This document shows, one piece after another, positions 11,299-28,549 of a stretch of DNA of 64,000 bases. How positions within the stretch are numbered: the stretch's first letter is position 1; every line of letters begins with the position of its first letter. A model generated the notes under the pieces. That model did no database searches. It saw nothing but the letters and a program-made list of their open reading frames with translations, and was not told where the DNA came from. This DNA comes from an uncultured Acidobacteriota bacterium. GTDB lineage: Bacteria > Acidobacteriota > Polarisedimenticolia > J045. The stretch lies in the NCBI GenBank assembly GCA_963702425.1, contig CAVPCQ010000016.1, positions 128,001-192,000 on the forward strand, given 5' to 3'. The position numbers were made by a program, and so were the translations under genes.

Positions 11299-11563
11299 CC
11301 GGGATGGAGTCGATCGCACGCCGGGCCTCCGGGCGCTGGTGAAGGGCGGCGATTATACGGGCCGCCCCCCGGACGCGCCGACCGGCGCCCCGTTTCGCCA
11401 ACCCGGACGAAACCGACCCAGTTCGAGCTGATTCTTCCCGGTACGGCGGACTGGCCCGGCTTCGTCCGAACGGCCCGAACCGGGCGCGGAATCCGTTTGA
11501 CTACGCCGGGGCCGGAACCAAGCGTTGACCTCGGAGGGACTTTCGAGTCCAGGAGGAACGACG

Positions 11564-11905
11564 ATGGGAACCCACCCGAGAACCCGCGTGGCGGTGTTGC
11601 TCGTCGCGGCCGTGGCCGCGTGCTCGGGAGTGACCCTCGCTCTGCCCTCCGCCGCGCCGGCGGCCTCGCCGCCGGCCGCCCCCGCCAGCCCCCGGATCGC
11701 CCCGCTCGAGTTCGCGCTGTGGGTCGCCTCGGGAGCCGTTTTCGCCGGCGAGTTGGCGGTCGGCGCCGCGACGCCGACGGCCGGACCACCGGCCGCGAGC
11801 CTCCCCGGCCCGATCGACGGTGGAAAGCAGATCTCCGAGCCGAGCCCGATCCCCGAGTGGGGAACGGGCGGAGACGATCCCTCGGGGCCCTGGCCGGTCG
11901 CCTGA
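11564..11905 (+). CDS. Small Pro/Ala-rich exported protein (113 aa)
   Basis: Strong RBS AGGAGG at 11551-11556 before ATG 11564; N-terminal hydrophobic signal; no recognisable domain. Confidence 0.6.
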   Translation: MGTHPRTRVAVLLVAAVAACSGVTLALPSAAPAASPPAAPASPRIAPLEFALWVASGAVFAGELAVGAATPTAGPPAASLPGPIDGGKQISEPSPIPEWGTGGDDPSGPWPVA

Positions 11906-11929
11906 CGGGCGCACCGCGCCGGGCCGGTG

Positions 11930-11946
11930 CGTCGCGATCTGAGACG
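11930..11946. promoter_or_regulatory. Near-palindromic putative bEBP operator upstream of activator 1
   Basis: CGTCGC-GATCT-GAGACG, one mismatch from the perfect CGTCTC-N5-GAGACG at 16844-16860; a TAGACT -10-like hexamer follows at 11959-11964. Confidence 0.5.
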
Positions 11947-11981
11947 GTCCGGGGCTGCTAGACTGCGCGCACGGGATCCCC

Positions 11982-16856
<4,875 letters not shown>

Positions 16857-16937
16857 GACGGTTCTGCAGTCGGAGCGGTCCGGCCGCCACTCAGCCAACT
16901 CGTTGGCCAAGAGCCGCTTGGGTCGATCGGCACAGCG

Positions 16938-16953
16938 CGGCACGCGAGTTGCT
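16938..16953 (+). promoter_or_regulatory. Sigma-54 (-24/-12) promoter
   Basis: CGGCACGCGAGTTGCT matches (T/C)GGCAC-N5-TTGC(A/T) with exact GG-N10-GC spacing. Confidence 0.75.
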
Positions 16954-16963
16954 CTACCCGCTC

Positions 16964-17165
16964 TCACCTCCCGGCCGCGGAACGGGGATCGAAAGGCCCG
17001 GACCGCTGCCGACCCCACAACGGCCCTCCGGGGCCGGAACGCTCGCCGGTCCCAGTCAGTCCGACAGGGCTCGACGCACCCAGGGGACCGGCGAAACCCC
17101 GCCGCGGGGCGGGCCGTGCGATCCGCCGCCATCCTGTGCCGGACGCACGGCCGCCCCGCCCTTTT
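16964..17165 (+). ncRNA. Candidate sigma-54-dependent structured small RNA
   Basis: Begins at the predicted +1 of the promoter; no ATG/TTG and no GTG before the terminal hairpin; stems CGGCCC/GGGCCG and CGCCGGTCCC/GGGACCGGCG; ends in hairpin plus TTTT. Confidence 0.4.
17106..17165 (+). terminator. Intrinsic terminator-like hairpin (may also serve the convergent gene)
   Basis: GGGGCGGGCCGTGCG ... CGCACGGCCGCCCC followed by GCCCTTTT. Confidence 0.55.
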
Positions 17166-17205
17166 GTCGACGGACGATGCCGGACCGGCAGCGCCGGCGC
17201 GCCCC

Positions 17206-18483
17206 TCAGCCGTGCGCTCGCCCCAGCACGAGCGCACGCAGTTCCCGCGCCTCCGCCACGCCGTTCCCGCCTGCGGTCCGCCGCCCGTCGGCGCGCGCCG
17301 CCTCCCACCCGGGAACGAGCGCCGCGTCGAAGCGCGGCTCGAAGCGGCGCGCCAGTTCGACCGCCAGCGCCGCACGCGTCGCCGGCGCGCGCCCCGGCGC
17401 GAGCACACCCGCGAGGAAGAGCGCCCCCTGCGCCAGCGCGGCCATCAGGTTCAGCCGCGCGAGGAAGATCGCGTTGGCCTCCGGAACGAAGGTCGCGCCG
17501 CGCGCCTCGGCCGCCGCAAGCGCTCCGTCCACGGGGGTCGCGAGGGCCCGCGTGCCGGCCAGCCAACGGACGAACCGGGCGCGCTCGTGGGGCCCGAAGA
17601 CAACCGGGAAGAGGTCCGCCAACCAGCGTGCGCGTCCCGCGCGCGTGCCTCGCGGGTCGATCCCGACCCCCTGTGCCAGCGCGTCGATCAGGCCGTGCAC
17701 GAACAGCGGCACGTCCAGGTCGGGAGCCGGCGAATCCTCGCGCGCCCAGCGCCGCACGACGCGCGAGAACGCGGGGACGCGGCACCCCGGCGCGGCGCGC
17801 CGGCGCTCCAGGGTCCCCTTCCCCGCGCGCCGCCAGCCCGTGCCGGCCGCGTCGCCGTCGAGGTCGTGAAAGACGCGGACCAGCGCCTCGCCGCCGATTC
17901 CGTGCCGCGAGAGAGCGTGCGGCAGGTGCGGGGCGGCGAGGTGCGCTTCGCCGAAGACGACGATCACCGTACCCTGCGGTCCGAGCGTCTCGGCCAGCGC
18001 GGCGATCCGCTCGGCGGCGACGCGGTCGCGGCGCGCCAGGCTCTCGACCCCGCCGCGCGGCGGCAGGTCGAGCCCGAGCGCCGGCACGCCGTGCGCGCGG
18101 GCGCACCGCAGCAGCCGCGCCGATGCGGCCCACGGATAGCCCCATTCCTCTTCGTAACGAATCAGCCGCCGCAGTTCGGCCGCGCCGACGCCGCCGGAGA
18201 GGTAGCGATCGAGCGCGGCCTGGTCGCGCGCGTGGACCATCTCGAGTCCGAGCGCGAGCGGCCGCGCCGCGAGCCGGTGGACCAGCGCGACCGCGGTCTC
18301 GAGCGCCGAGGGGAGCGCGTGAAACTCGCCGAGCAGCACGACCCGCGCGCGGCGCACGGTCGCCAGCGCCTCGGCCGCGCGGCCGCGCGCGAATCGCAGG
18401 CCGCGGACTTCGCGGTGGAAGCGGCGGACGTAGGGGGATCCGGCGACCGGATCGAGGTCGACGGGCAGGTCGGAGGCGCTCAG
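17206..18483 (-). CDS. ChaN / haem-cofactor-binding-like family protein (start uncertain)
   Basis: [49 protein letters not shown]; only a CTG overlapping the tatA stop is available as a natural start. Confidence 0.6.
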   Translation of the reverse strand: MSASDLPVDLDPVAGSPYVRRFHREVRGLRFARGRAAEALATVRRARVVLLGEFHALPSALETAVALVHRLAARPLALGLEMVHARDQAALDRYLSGGVGAAELRRLIRYEEEWGYPWAASARLLRCARAHGVPALGLDLPPRGGVESLARRDRVAAERIAALAETLGPQGTVIVVFGEAHLAAPHLPHALSRHGIGGEALVRVFHDLDGDAAGTGWRRAGKGTLERRRAAPGCRVPAFSRVVRRWAREDSPAPDLDVPLFVHGLIDALAQGVGIDPRGTRAGRARWLADLFPVVFGPHERARFVRWLAGTRALATPVDGALAAAEARGATFVPEANAIFLARLNLMAALAQGALFLAGVLAPGRAPATRAALAVELARRFEPRFDAALVPGWEAARADGRRTAGGNGVAEARELRALVLGRAHG

Positions 18484-18677
18484 CGCGGGCTGTCCTTGCG
18501 TGAATCGTCGGCGGGTCCGTTGGTGGAGTCGCCCGAGGCCCCGTCCTTCATCGAGTTGCGGAAGTTCTTGATCCCCTCCCCGAGGCCGCGTCCCAACGCC
18601 GGGAGCTTCGACACGCCGAAGAGCAGGACGACGATCACGAGAATCAGCAGCAGTTCGGGGAAGCCGAGATTGGGCAT
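18480..18677 (-). CDS. tatA: Twin-arginine translocase TatA/E subunit
   Basis: [40 protein letters not shown]; GAGGAG RBS. Confidence 0.95.
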   Translation of the reverse strand: MPNLGFPELLLILVIVVLLFGVSKLPALGRGLGEGIKNFRNSMKDGASGDSTNGPADDSRKDSPR

Positions 18678-18736
18678 GAGCCGTCTCCTCCCTTTCATTA
18701 TGGGGCAAGCGGGGTGGATCCGCCCTGCCGCTCGGC

Positions 18737-20674
18737 TCAGCGCGGGGGCCGGACCTTCCGCTCGTTGCCGATCCGCTGGGTCACGGCCTCGGCATCGAGC
18801 TTCTCGAGCAGTGGAATGGCGTACTTCCGGCTGATCCCGAACAGCTCCTTGAAGGTCGCGACGTCGATCGTCGCGCGGCCGGCCGCCGCTTCGTCACGCA
18901 GGGTCCGCACCACCCGCTCCCACGCGCCGCCGCCGAGCCAGAGGCTCTCCTTGAGCTTGATCGCCTCGCCCCGGCGGGCGGCGAAGGCGAGCAACTGCCG
19001 CGCAGCGGGGCCGCCGCCGAGCCGGGCCAGGAGATCGGCCTCCGGCAGCGCCTCGAAGGCGGCCGCATCCAGCGCGCTCTTGACCGAGGCAAGCCGCTCG
19101 GCCTGCTCCCCTTCGGGCACGGCCCGGTGGCTCGCGAGGCGGACCGCGTCGGGTCGCACCGCAATCGCGCCGCGGGCCTCGAGCCGCGCCAGCAGGCCGC
19201 GAAACTGCTCGGCGCTCCACCCCGGCGCCATGGCGCCGCGCAGCCGCTCGGGAGCCGGGCCGTCCTCGAGCGGCCGGTCGGCATGAGCCCGGGCCAGTTC
19301 CTCGGTGATCCGCGAGAAGAGCGTCTCGCGCGCCGGCACCGAGACGACCCGGTCCCCCTCGAGCAGCACCACCCGAGCCGCCGCGGCCGGGGCCTGCTCC
19401 AGCTCCGCCGCAGCCGCCCGGGCCGCCGCGCGGGTCAGCCCCAGGCGCACCGCGCGCTCGGCCAGATCGACGCCCTCGGGGCCGGCATCGTGCGTGGCGC
19501 GCGCCAGCCGCCCGGCCGGTGTGGCGCGCGCCAGTTCCTCCGTGCGCTGCGGCCACGCCGGATCGTCCCGCCGCCGACGTGGCGGATCGAGGTCGACCAC
19601 GATCCCGCCGCCCAGCGTCGTCACCGGGCTGTAACGGCGCAGGATGAAGCGATCGCCGGGGAGGGCGGCGAGCGGCGCTTCCAGGCGGATCTGCGCTGCG
19701 CCGCGCGCCCCCGGCGCGAGCGGCCGTTCGCGCGGCAACCGCAGGCGCCCCAGCACCTCGGCCGTCCCGTGGTGCACCCGCACGCGCTGCTCGTCCTCCA
19801 GCGGCGCGGGCGCGTCCGCGGTCACCTCGACCAGTGCGTCGAAGACCAGGGTGACCGGCCCGAGCCCGGGCGGAACCAGCACCATCCCGCGCTGGAGCCG
19901 CTCGCGGTCGACCCCCTGGAGGTTCACCGCGACCCGCCGCTGCGGGCCGGCGACCTCGACCGCCGCGCCGTGGACTTGCAGCCCGCGGATCTTCCCGGTC
20001 GGGCCGCCGGGCACCGCTTCGAGCGGTTCGCCGACACTCAGCGCGGCCCCCTGCAGCGTCCCGGTGACGATCGTGCCGAAGCCGCGCGCGGCGAAGACGC
20101 GATCGACCGGGAGTCGCGCCCACGGCCCCGCGGCGCGCTCGGGGAGCCGCGCGGCGACGGCCACGAGCGCCTCGCGCAGCGCGTCGAGCCCGCGGCCGGT
20201 GATGCCGCTCACCGGGATCACCGGGGCCCCCTCGAGGAAGCTCCCCGCCACCAGCTCGCGGACCTCCTCCGCGACCAGCTCGAGCATCCCCTCCTCGACC
20301 AGGTCGCTGCGCGTGATCGCCACCAGTCCCCCCGGGATCCCGAGCAGCCGGCAGATCGCGAGGTGCTCCCTCGTCTGCGGCATCACCGACTCGTCGGCGG
20401 CCACGACGAGCAGCACGAGATCGATCCCGGTCGCGCCCGCGAGCATGTTGTGCACGAAGCGCTCGTGCCCCGGCACGTCGACGAACGAGACCACGACCTC
20501 GCCGATCCGCGCCGGCGCGAAACCGAGATCGATCGTGATCCCGCGCTCCTTCTCCTCCGGCAGGCGGTCGGGATCGATCCCCGTCAGCGCGCGGACGAGC
20601 GTCGACTTGCCGTGATCGATGTGACCGGCGGTGCCGACGACGACGTGGCGCAGGGTTTCGGTGGCGTCGCTCAC
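18737..20674 (-). CDS. selB: Selenocysteine-specific elongation factor
   Basis: [38 protein letters not shown]-terminal winged helix [15 protein letters not shown]. Confidence 0.95.
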   Translation of the reverse strand: MSDATETLRHVVVGTAGHIDHGKSTLVRALTGIDPDRLPEEKERGITIDLGFAPARIGEVVVSFVDVPGHERFVHNMLAGATGIDLVLLVVAADESVMPQTREHLAICRLLGIPGGLVAITRSDLVEEGMLELVAEEVRELVAGSFLEGAPVIPVSGITGRGLDALREALVAVAARLPERAAGPWARLPVDRVFAARGFGTIVTGTLQGAALSVGEPLEAVPGGPTGKIRGLQVHGAAVEVAGPQRRVAVNLQGVDRERLQRGMVLVPPGLGPVTLVFDALVEVTADAPAPLEDEQRVRVHHGTAEVLGRLRLPRERPLAPGARGAAQIRLEAPLAALPGDRFILRRYSPVTTLGGGIVVDLDPPRRRRDDPAWPQRTEELARATPAGRLARATHDAGPEGVDLAERAVRLGLTRAAARAAAAELEQAPAAAARVVLLEGDRVVSVPARETLFSRITEELARAHADRPLEDGPAPERLRGAMAPGWSAEQFRGLLARLEARGAIAVRPDAVRLASHRAVPEGEQAERLASVKSALDAAAFEALPEADLLARLGGGPAARQLLAFAARRGEAIKLKESLWLGGGAWERVVRTLRDEAAAGRATIDVATFKELFGISRKYAIPLLEKLDAEAVTQRIGNERKVRPPR

Positions 20675-20685
20675 GGCCGGAGGGC

Positions 20686-22740
20686 TCAGTGGTGCGTCGG
20701 CCCGCTGGGGCGGCGTCCGGCGCGCCACGCCGCGCGCGGCTCGGGACGCTCCTCCGACAGCGGGAAGGGCGGCGCCGTAGCCGCGAGCTCCTTCACCAGC
20801 CGGAGCACCTCCGCGACGCGGAACGGCTTGGCGATCACCGGCCGCGGCGCGGGCCCTTCCAGCTCCGCCCGCCGTGGGTCGCCGGTGCTGAAGAGCACGC
20901 GATCGGCGAGGTGCGGCGCGCGGCGGCGCAGCTGCTCGTAAAGCTCGAGCCCGGACAGCCGCGGCATGCGCAGATCGGAGACGATCACGTCGGCCCCACG
21001 CTCGAGCAGCCAGGCGAGCGCCGCCTCGGGGTCCTCCATCGCCCGCGCCTGGGCGCCGGCCTCGCGCAGCGCGGCGACGAGCACGGCGCCGACCGCGCTC
21101 TCGTCGTCGACGACCAGCACCGAGAGGCCGTCGAGCCGCGGCAGCAGCGGCGGGACCGTGTCGGGCGGCTCCTCGAGCGCCCGCCGCACGAGCCCCGGCG
21201 CGCCGGCCGGCAGGCGGACGCCGGCCACCGGCCGGTCGACCGATTGCGGCAGCGTCAGGATGAAGCGCGCGCCGCGCCCCGGCGCGGAGTCGACGTCGAG
21301 CGTGCCGCCGTGCTCAGCCACCGCGCCGCAGACGACTGCGAGCCCGAGACCGGTCCCCTTCCCCTCCGGCTTGGTCGTGAAGAACGGGTCGAAGATCCGG
21401 CCCATGTGCTCGGGCGCGATCCCGGGCCCGGTGTCGCCGACGACCAGCCGGGCGCCGCCCGGGGCGGGACCGATCTCGATCTCGATCTCGCGCCGGCCCG
21501 GATGCCCCTCGAGCGCGTGCAGCGCATTGGTCAGCAGGTTGAGCAGCACCTGGAGGATCTCGTCCGGCGCGACCTCGACCGCGGGCGTGTCCGGATCGAC
21601 GTGCAGCACCGCCTCGACGTGCTCCGTGCGCAGGGTCGCCGCCATCGTGGACAGCGCGCGATCGGCGATCCCCGCCAGCGCCACCGGCGAACGCCGGTGC
21701 CCGCCGGGACGCGCGACGCTCATCAGCTCCGACACCAGCCGGTGGCAGCGCTGCGCCTCCTCCTCGATGATCGAGAGCCACGCCCCGCGCTCCACCGACT
21801 CGGGGTCGCGCCGCAGGAGCTGCGCGAAGCCGATCACGGTCGTCAGCGGGTTGTTGATCTCGTGCGCCAGGTTGGACGCCAGCTGCCCGGCCGTCGAGAG
21901 CCGCTCGGCCCGCGCCAGCAGCGACTGCCGCGCCCGCTCGTCGGTCACGTCGCCGATCAGCAGCACGACTCCCCGCTCGTCCGCGCCGGGAAGCGCCGCG
22001 CCCGGTACGGCGCGGACGGCGAGCGTACGGCCGTCGCCGGGCAGGAGCAGCTCGGCCGACGCGCGTCCTCGCGCTCGAACCTCCAGCAGGAGTGGCGCGA
22101 GCGGCAGCGACGCGATGTGCGCCAGCGGGGCCCCCTCCACCGGCCCGGCCCCGAGCGGGGCCAGCAGCTCCGCAGCGTGCCTGTTCGAGAGCCGCACGCA
22201 CCCGTCGGGATCGAGCAGGACGAGTCCCTCGGGAATCCCCTCGATCACGCTTTCCAGCCGCTCGAACTGCTCGCGGCCCGGGGCCGCCCGGCCCGGCCGC
22301 CGTCCGAGCCCGTCGAGCGCACCCGCCAGCAGTTCTGCCGGCTCGGCGAGTGCGACCAGGTCGTCGATCACGAAGGGGACCTCGGCCCGCGCGAGCACCA
22401 GGACCCCGGCCCCCGACGTCGACAGCGGCAGGACGAGCTGCTCGCGCTGCCCGAGCGACCAGAGCAGGTCGTCCTTCGCGTCGCTCCGCCCGTCGGCCAG
22501 CGAGAGGGCGACGGGCTCGCGCCGGAGCGGCCCCAGCGGAACCGGCGGCGCGGCGAGCGGGACCCACTGCGTCTGATGGCGCCGGCGCACCACCTCGAGC
22601 CGCGCTGCCGACGGATCGCTCAGCGCCACCAGGTCGGCGGCCGGGTCGCAGGCCGCACACCACGCCGCGAAGACCTCCTCGCGGCCGTCGGCGGCGAAGA
22701 GTGCGAGCGCGAGGTCGGCGATCGTCGAGAAACGCCCCAT
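20686..22740 (-). CDS. Hybrid sensor histidine kinase (PAS - HisKA - HATPase - receiver)
   Basis: LAHEINNPL, QVLLNLLTNA, DTGPGI, FDPFFTTK..GKGTGLGL, VLVVDDE, SDLRMP. Confidence 0.9.
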   Translation of the reverse strand: MGRFSTIADLALALFAADGREEVFAAWCAACDPAADLVALSDPSAARLEVVRRRHQTQWVPLAAPPVPLGPLRREPVALSLADGRSDAKDDLLWSLGQREQLVLPLSTSGAGVLVLARAEVPFVIDDLVALAEPAELLAGALDGLGRRPGRAAPGREQFERLESVIEGIPEGLVLLDPDGCVRLSNRHAAELLAPLGAGPVEGAPLAHIASLPLAPLLLEVRARGRASAELLLPGDGRTLAVRAVPGAALPGADERGVVLLIGDVTDERARQSLLARAERLSTAGQLASNLAHEINNPLTTVIGFAQLLRRDPESVERGAWLSIIEEEAQRCHRLVSELMSVARPGGHRRSPVALAGIADRALSTMAATLRTEHVEAVLHVDPDTPAVEVAPDEILQVLLNLLTNALHALEGHPGRREIEIEIGPAPGGARLVVGDTGPGIAPEHMGRIFDPFFTTKPEGKGTGLGLAVVCGAVAEHGGTLDVDSAPGRGARFILTLPQSVDRPVAGVRLPAGAPGLVRRALEEPPDTVPPLLPRLDGLSVLVVDDESAVGAVLVAALREAGAQARAMEDPEAALAWLLERGADVIVSDLRMPRLSGLELYEQLRRRAPHLADRVLFSTGDPRRAELEGPAPRPVIAKPFRVAEVLRLVKELAATAPPFPLSEERPEPRAAWRAGRRPSGPTHH

Positions 22741-22854
22741 GTCTCCCCGGCACGCGGTGCGCGCCGGGCCGATTCTAACCCCGGCACCCCGCGAACTGGG
22801 GCGGACCGTCACGGGTTCGTGCGAGGAGCAGCGACCGGGCGCGGGCGCGCCGCG

Positions 22855-23802
22855 TCAGGAGCGGCGCTTGGTGCCCTTGGATCGGACGGGCTGGGCCGCC
22901 GCCGGACGGGGCCGGTTGAAGATCCGGCGCAGGCGCTGCTTGGCCTGGGTCTCGATCTGCCGGACGCGCTCGCGGCTGACCCCCATCTTCTCGCCGATCT
23001 CCTTGAGCGTCAGGATCGGGCAGCCCTCGAGGCCGAAGCGGTGCCTGATCACCACCTGCTCCTGGTCGGACAGGTACTGCAGCGCCTGCGTCACCAGCGT
23101 CGTCCCCTCGCGCTTGAGGAGGTTCTCCTCCGGGCTCTCATCGTCGGGATCGGTCAGGAAGTCGGAGACCGGCGTCTTCTTGTCCTTGCCGACGGTGTCG
23201 TCGATCGAGGTCTCCCGGGAGTGCACCTGCAGCACCTGGTCGACCTTCTTGATCGAGACGTCCATCCGGTCGCTGATCTCCTGCCGCTCCGGCGAACGGC
23301 CCAGCTCCTTGCGCAGCGTGCGCTCGGTGTCGCGGACCTCGCGGACCTTCTTCATCTGGTAGGTCGGAACGCGGACCAGGTTGACCTGCTCCGCCAGCGC
23401 CTTGAGGATCGACTTGCGGATCCACCAGATGGCGTAGGTGATGAACTTCGTCCCCTTGGCGGGGTCGTAGCGCTTGGCGGCCTCGATCAGCCCGAGGTTC
23501 CCCTCGTTGAGCAGGTCCTCGAGCGGGAGGCCGAGGTTGCGGTACTCGCTCGCGACCTTGACCACGAACGAGAGGTTCGACGCCACGAGGTGATCGAAGG
23601 CGTCGGAGTCGCCGGCCTGCACCCGTCGCGCGAGCTGCTGTTCCTGCTCCTTGGTGAGCAGGGGGTACTCGCGGATCTCGGTGAAGTAGCGCGACAGGAT
23701 CGTCCGGTCGGATGAGCCCCCGTCCGACGACCGCTCCCCGGGCTTGCGGGATGGGGAGACTGCGCGCGCGGGGCTGGGCCCGCGATCAGAACTGCTCGCC
23801 AC
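22855..23802 (-). CDS. Alternative RpoD/RpoS-like sigma-70 family sigma factor
   Basis: YFTEIREYPLLT, SNLSFVVKVA, DLLNEGNLGLIEAA, KFITYAIWWIR, TLKEIG..MGVSRERVRQIE; lacks region 1.1; GTG start after GGAG. Confidence 0.9.
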   Translation of the reverse strand: MASSSDRGPSPARAVSPSRKPGERSSDGGSSDRTILSRYFTEIREYPLLTKEQEQQLARRVQAGDSDAFDHLVASNLSFVVKVASEYRNLGLPLEDLLNEGNLGLIEAAKRYDPAKGTKFITYAIWWIRKSILKALAEQVNLVRVPTYQMKKVREVRDTERTLRKELGRSPERQEISDRMDVSIKKVDQVLQVHSRETSIDDTVGKDKKTPVSDFLTDPDDESPEENLLKREGTTLVTQALQYLSDQEQVVIRHRFGLEGCPILTLKEIGEKMGVSRERVRQIETQAKQRLRRIFNRPRPAAAQPVRSKGTKRRS

Positions 23803-24033
23803 GTGACCTGCTCCGCCACGGTCCGGGTCTACCGGACCATTGGCCAGATCGAGCACCCGTCTCCCCGTGGCGGAAGCTCCGCCTTACCCGTGATCCTCAT
23901 CCGTCGGACAGCCTCGGTGCCAACTGGATCCGAACGGCGTGCGGGTAAGACGCTGGCGAGGGCGAATATGACGGCTGGATCGGCGGGCGTCAACAGAGGT
24001 TCTGTGACAGCCCCGAAACACCCGGTTTACGGT

Positions 24034-24795
24034 TCAGTTCGTCCACCGGTCGTCGTCGCGATCCCCGCGCACGACGCGGAAAGGCGGCCGCGAGGGGTCC
24101 CGCCCGCCCCCCCCGGTCCAGCCCCCGAATCCGCCCCCGAAACCGCGGCTCATCCCGCGCTTGAACAGCCACGCGGCCAGCGCCCCGACGGCCAGGCCGC
24201 CGAGGTGCGCCAGGTGCGCCACGGGGTCGCGCGGGTTGGACGAGACGCTGCCGAGGACCGTCACGACGGCGTAGACGATCACGACGACCTTGGCGCTCAG
24301 CGGGAACGGGATCGGGAAGACGAACAGCTGGCGGTTCGGAAAGAGGACCGCGAAGGCCGCCGACACGCCGAGCACGCCGGCCGACGCCCCGATCACCGGC
24401 GACGAGATGCCGCGCAGCAGGCCGACCGCGGCGTAGAGCAGGCCACCGCCGACCACGCAGTAGGCGAAGAAGCGCAGAAAGCGCGGGGTCCCGAACATCC
24501 GCTCGACGTCCCCGCCGAACATCCAGAGGCCGAGCATGTTGAACAGCAGGTGCCAGACCCCGCCGTGCAGCAGCGCGTAGGTCGCGAGGGTCCAGAGTGG
24601 GTATGGCGGCTGCAGCAGCATCGGCGGCCAGAGCGCGACGTAGCCCAGGATCCCGTCGGCCCGCACGACCGTCTCCAGCACGAACTGGATCGCGTACGAA
24701 ACGCCGAGGACCCAGAGCAGGATCTTCACGCCCGGCGTGACGGGGGGGAAGGCGAGCGTGACGGACGTCCCCTGCGGACCACGGTAGTAGGACAT
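24034..24795 (-). CDS. Rhomboid family intramembrane serine protease
   Basis: HLLFNM, GASAG (catalytic Ser), AHLAHLGG. Confidence 0.92.
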   Translation of the reverse strand: MSYYRGPQGTSVTLAFPPVTPGVKILLWVLGVSYAIQFVLETVVRADGILGYVALWPPMLLQPPYPLWTLATYALLHGGVWHLLFNMLGLWMFGGDVERMFGTPRFLRFFAYCVVGGGLLYAAVGLLRGISSPVIGASAGVLGVSAAFAVLFPNRQLFVFPIPFPLSAKVVVIVYAVVTVLGSVSSNPRDPVAHLAHLGGLAVGALAAWLFKRGMSRGFGGGFGGWTGGGGRDPSRPPFRVVRGDRDDDRWTN

Positions 24796-24829
24796 GGGCG
24801 AGGCAGTATACCTTCCGGGACCGGGCCGG

Positions 24830-25498
24830 CTATCGCCGCGGAGCGCGAACGGGAGGAGGAGCGGGTTCGGGAGCGGGATCGCGTTCGAGTTCGATGATCC
24901 CCTCGGACAGCTTCACGTGGAGCCACACGCCGCCGGCGGGGAAGGTCCCCTGTGCGTCGGCCGGCTTCCCGTCCGCCGTGCAGCCCGACCGGCCGGTGAG
25001 CCCGCACGCGAAGGTCTCCTTCTTCCCTCCCACCTCGAGCACCCAGCGCCAGGCCCGCATCCCGCGCTGGTTGACCACCTCGGCGGTCAGGTGGTGCGGA
25101 CCGTCGTCGAGCAGCGTCATCAGGTCGAACCACTCCGCGCGCAGCTGGGCCGGCGGCGCGATCTCCTCGCCGTCGAGCAGCAGCCGGACCGCGTCGTCGG
25201 CCTCGGCCACCTTGACCCGCGCGACGAGCGGCGGGGGCGGCGCGTCGCCGAACTCGATCCGTCGCACCTCGCGACGCTGGACCGTGCGGCGCGCGCCCTC
25301 GACCTCCACCACCAGCACGAAGGCATCCAGCGAAACGACGCGGCCGGCGAGTTCGCTGCCATCGGCCAGCGTGACGCGATCGGCAGCCTCGCGCGGCTCC
25401 GCGGCCAGGGACGCGTGCGCCGTGAGCGTGAGCGCGACCGCCAGGCCGAGCGCCAGCGCCGCGCCGAGGATCGGCGTCCGATTGCGTGAGCGGGACAT
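24830..25498 (-). CDS. Exported hypothetical protein
   Basis: Signal peptide, DRVTLADGSELAGRVV small beta domain, two cysteines near the C-terminus. Confidence 0.6.
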   Translation of the reverse strand: MSRSRNRTPILGAALALGLAVALTLTAHASLAAEPREAADRVTLADGSELAGRVVSLDAFVLVVEVEGARRTVQRREVRRIEFGDAPPPPLVARVKVAEADDAVRLLLDGEEIAPPAQLRAEWFDLMTLLDDGPHHLTAEVVNQRGMRAWRWVLEVGGKKETFACGLTGRSGCTADGKPADAQGTFPAGGVWLHVKLSEGIIELERDPAPEPAPPPVRAPRR

Positions 25499-25569
25499 CG
25501 CGCGCCTCCTTTTCGTCCACGCGCGGCCCGGCGGCGCTAGCCTGCCTCGGCCCGCGGAGGAGGATCATC

Positions 25570-26898
<1,329 letters not shown>

Positions 26899-28549
26899 CC
26901 ACGCCGGCGGCGAGCCGCACCAGGAGAAGCGACAGGACCGCGGCGAAGACCGTCCAGCCGGCCACCAGCGCGAGCGTCAGCCGGGTGCTGTCCAGGACGA
27001 TCAGGCCGAGCGCACCGAGCAGGACCGGAGGAACGGCGGCGAGCGCCGCCAGCAGCATTCCGAGCAGGCTGGCGGCCGGGCTGGGATTGCTCGCCGATCC
27101 GATCCGGCCGAGGTCCACCGCCTTCGGGAAGAGTGCGGAGAGCAGCGCGGCGAGCGGCGCGAAAACGAGGTACGCGGAGAGGCCCACCAGCAGGGACGCG
27201 ATCCAGAGCCAGGGTGACGGGTCGGGCGCGAAGATCGCGGCCACCGCCAGGTAGATCAGCGTCGAACCGCCGAAGAAGATCCCCAGGCCCGCCGCGTTCC
27301 CGACGACGATGTCGCGCCCCGAGATCGGGGAGAGCAACTGCAGCGTCAGCCCGGCCCCGTCGGCGGCAAACTGGTTGAGCTGCAGGTTCTGCATCGAGAG
27401 CAGCGCGAGGAGCGCCGCGCCGGCGGCCAGAATCGGCCCCGTGTGCGGACCGAGGCTCGAAGCCAGGCCGCCTTCCGTGAGGCGGGTCATCGCCACGGCC
27501 GCGATCAGCATCCCGACCGGCGTGTAGAAGAGCGCCATCTTCCCCTGGATCGTCCGCAGGCTCAGCTTTCATCTTGGCCGAGGCCACCGCGGAGGCCGCC
27601 GCGCCGATCCCGGGGATCTTCAACGTGGCGGCGCGCGTCGACGCGCGCGCGCGGCGCGACGGGCCGGACTGCGGCGAATCGAGCAGGCGCCGGTACGCGG
27701 ACCAGGAGATCCCGTAGAGCCCCGCCGTGATCAGGGCCAGCGCCCCGAGCGAGAGGGCGCGGGAGGATGCGAGAGCGGGGCCCGGCTGGATGGCCCGCGT
27801 GTAGAACACCGTGGGCGCGAAGCGCGTGATGTCGATCGTCGGCTCCCCGCGCTTGCGCCCGTCGCGTTCGGCGTCGTGGCGCACGCCGAGCAGCGCCGGC
27901 ACGAAGCCGATCATCGACAGCGACACGAGGATCAGCAGCGACGCGAGCTCGCCGCGGCGGCGGTTGCGGTACAGCAGGGCCAGCACGTGCGAGACGCAGG
28001 ACCCCAGCGCGAGGTAGAAGGCGAGCAGCACGATCCCCGCGACGAGAGCGACCACGGCCGACCCGATCGCGCCCGCCGCGGCGAGGCCGGCCGGCAGCAG
28101 GAGGACCACCGGGACGACGAGCGCGATCCAGGGATCCATCACCCCGGCGACGAGGTCGAGCAGGTGCAGCAGCGGGCGCGGGATCGGCAGCAGCAGGAGG
28201 CGCGTGAGGCTGAGGTCCTTGCGGCTGATCGATCGGACCATCGGGGCCACCAGGACCACGATCGTGATCGTCGCCAGGAAGGCGCCCAGCACGATCGGGA
28301 TCATGCGGGCCGTGTCGGCATCGGCACCGCCGCCCCCGCCCGAGCAGGTAGCCGGCGACGAACGCGAGCGCGCCCAGGCCGATCAGCCCGGGAACGAAGA
28401 GGACTCGCGAGGACGATCGGGACGATCGCCGACAGCGCGCGCGCGCCGCGCTCGAGCGCATCGCGGCGCCGCGTCCCCCGGAAGGAGTTCAGGAACTCGC
28501 GCCAGCGCAGCCAGGCGAACGCGCGGAGCAGCGGGATCACGGCGCCGGC

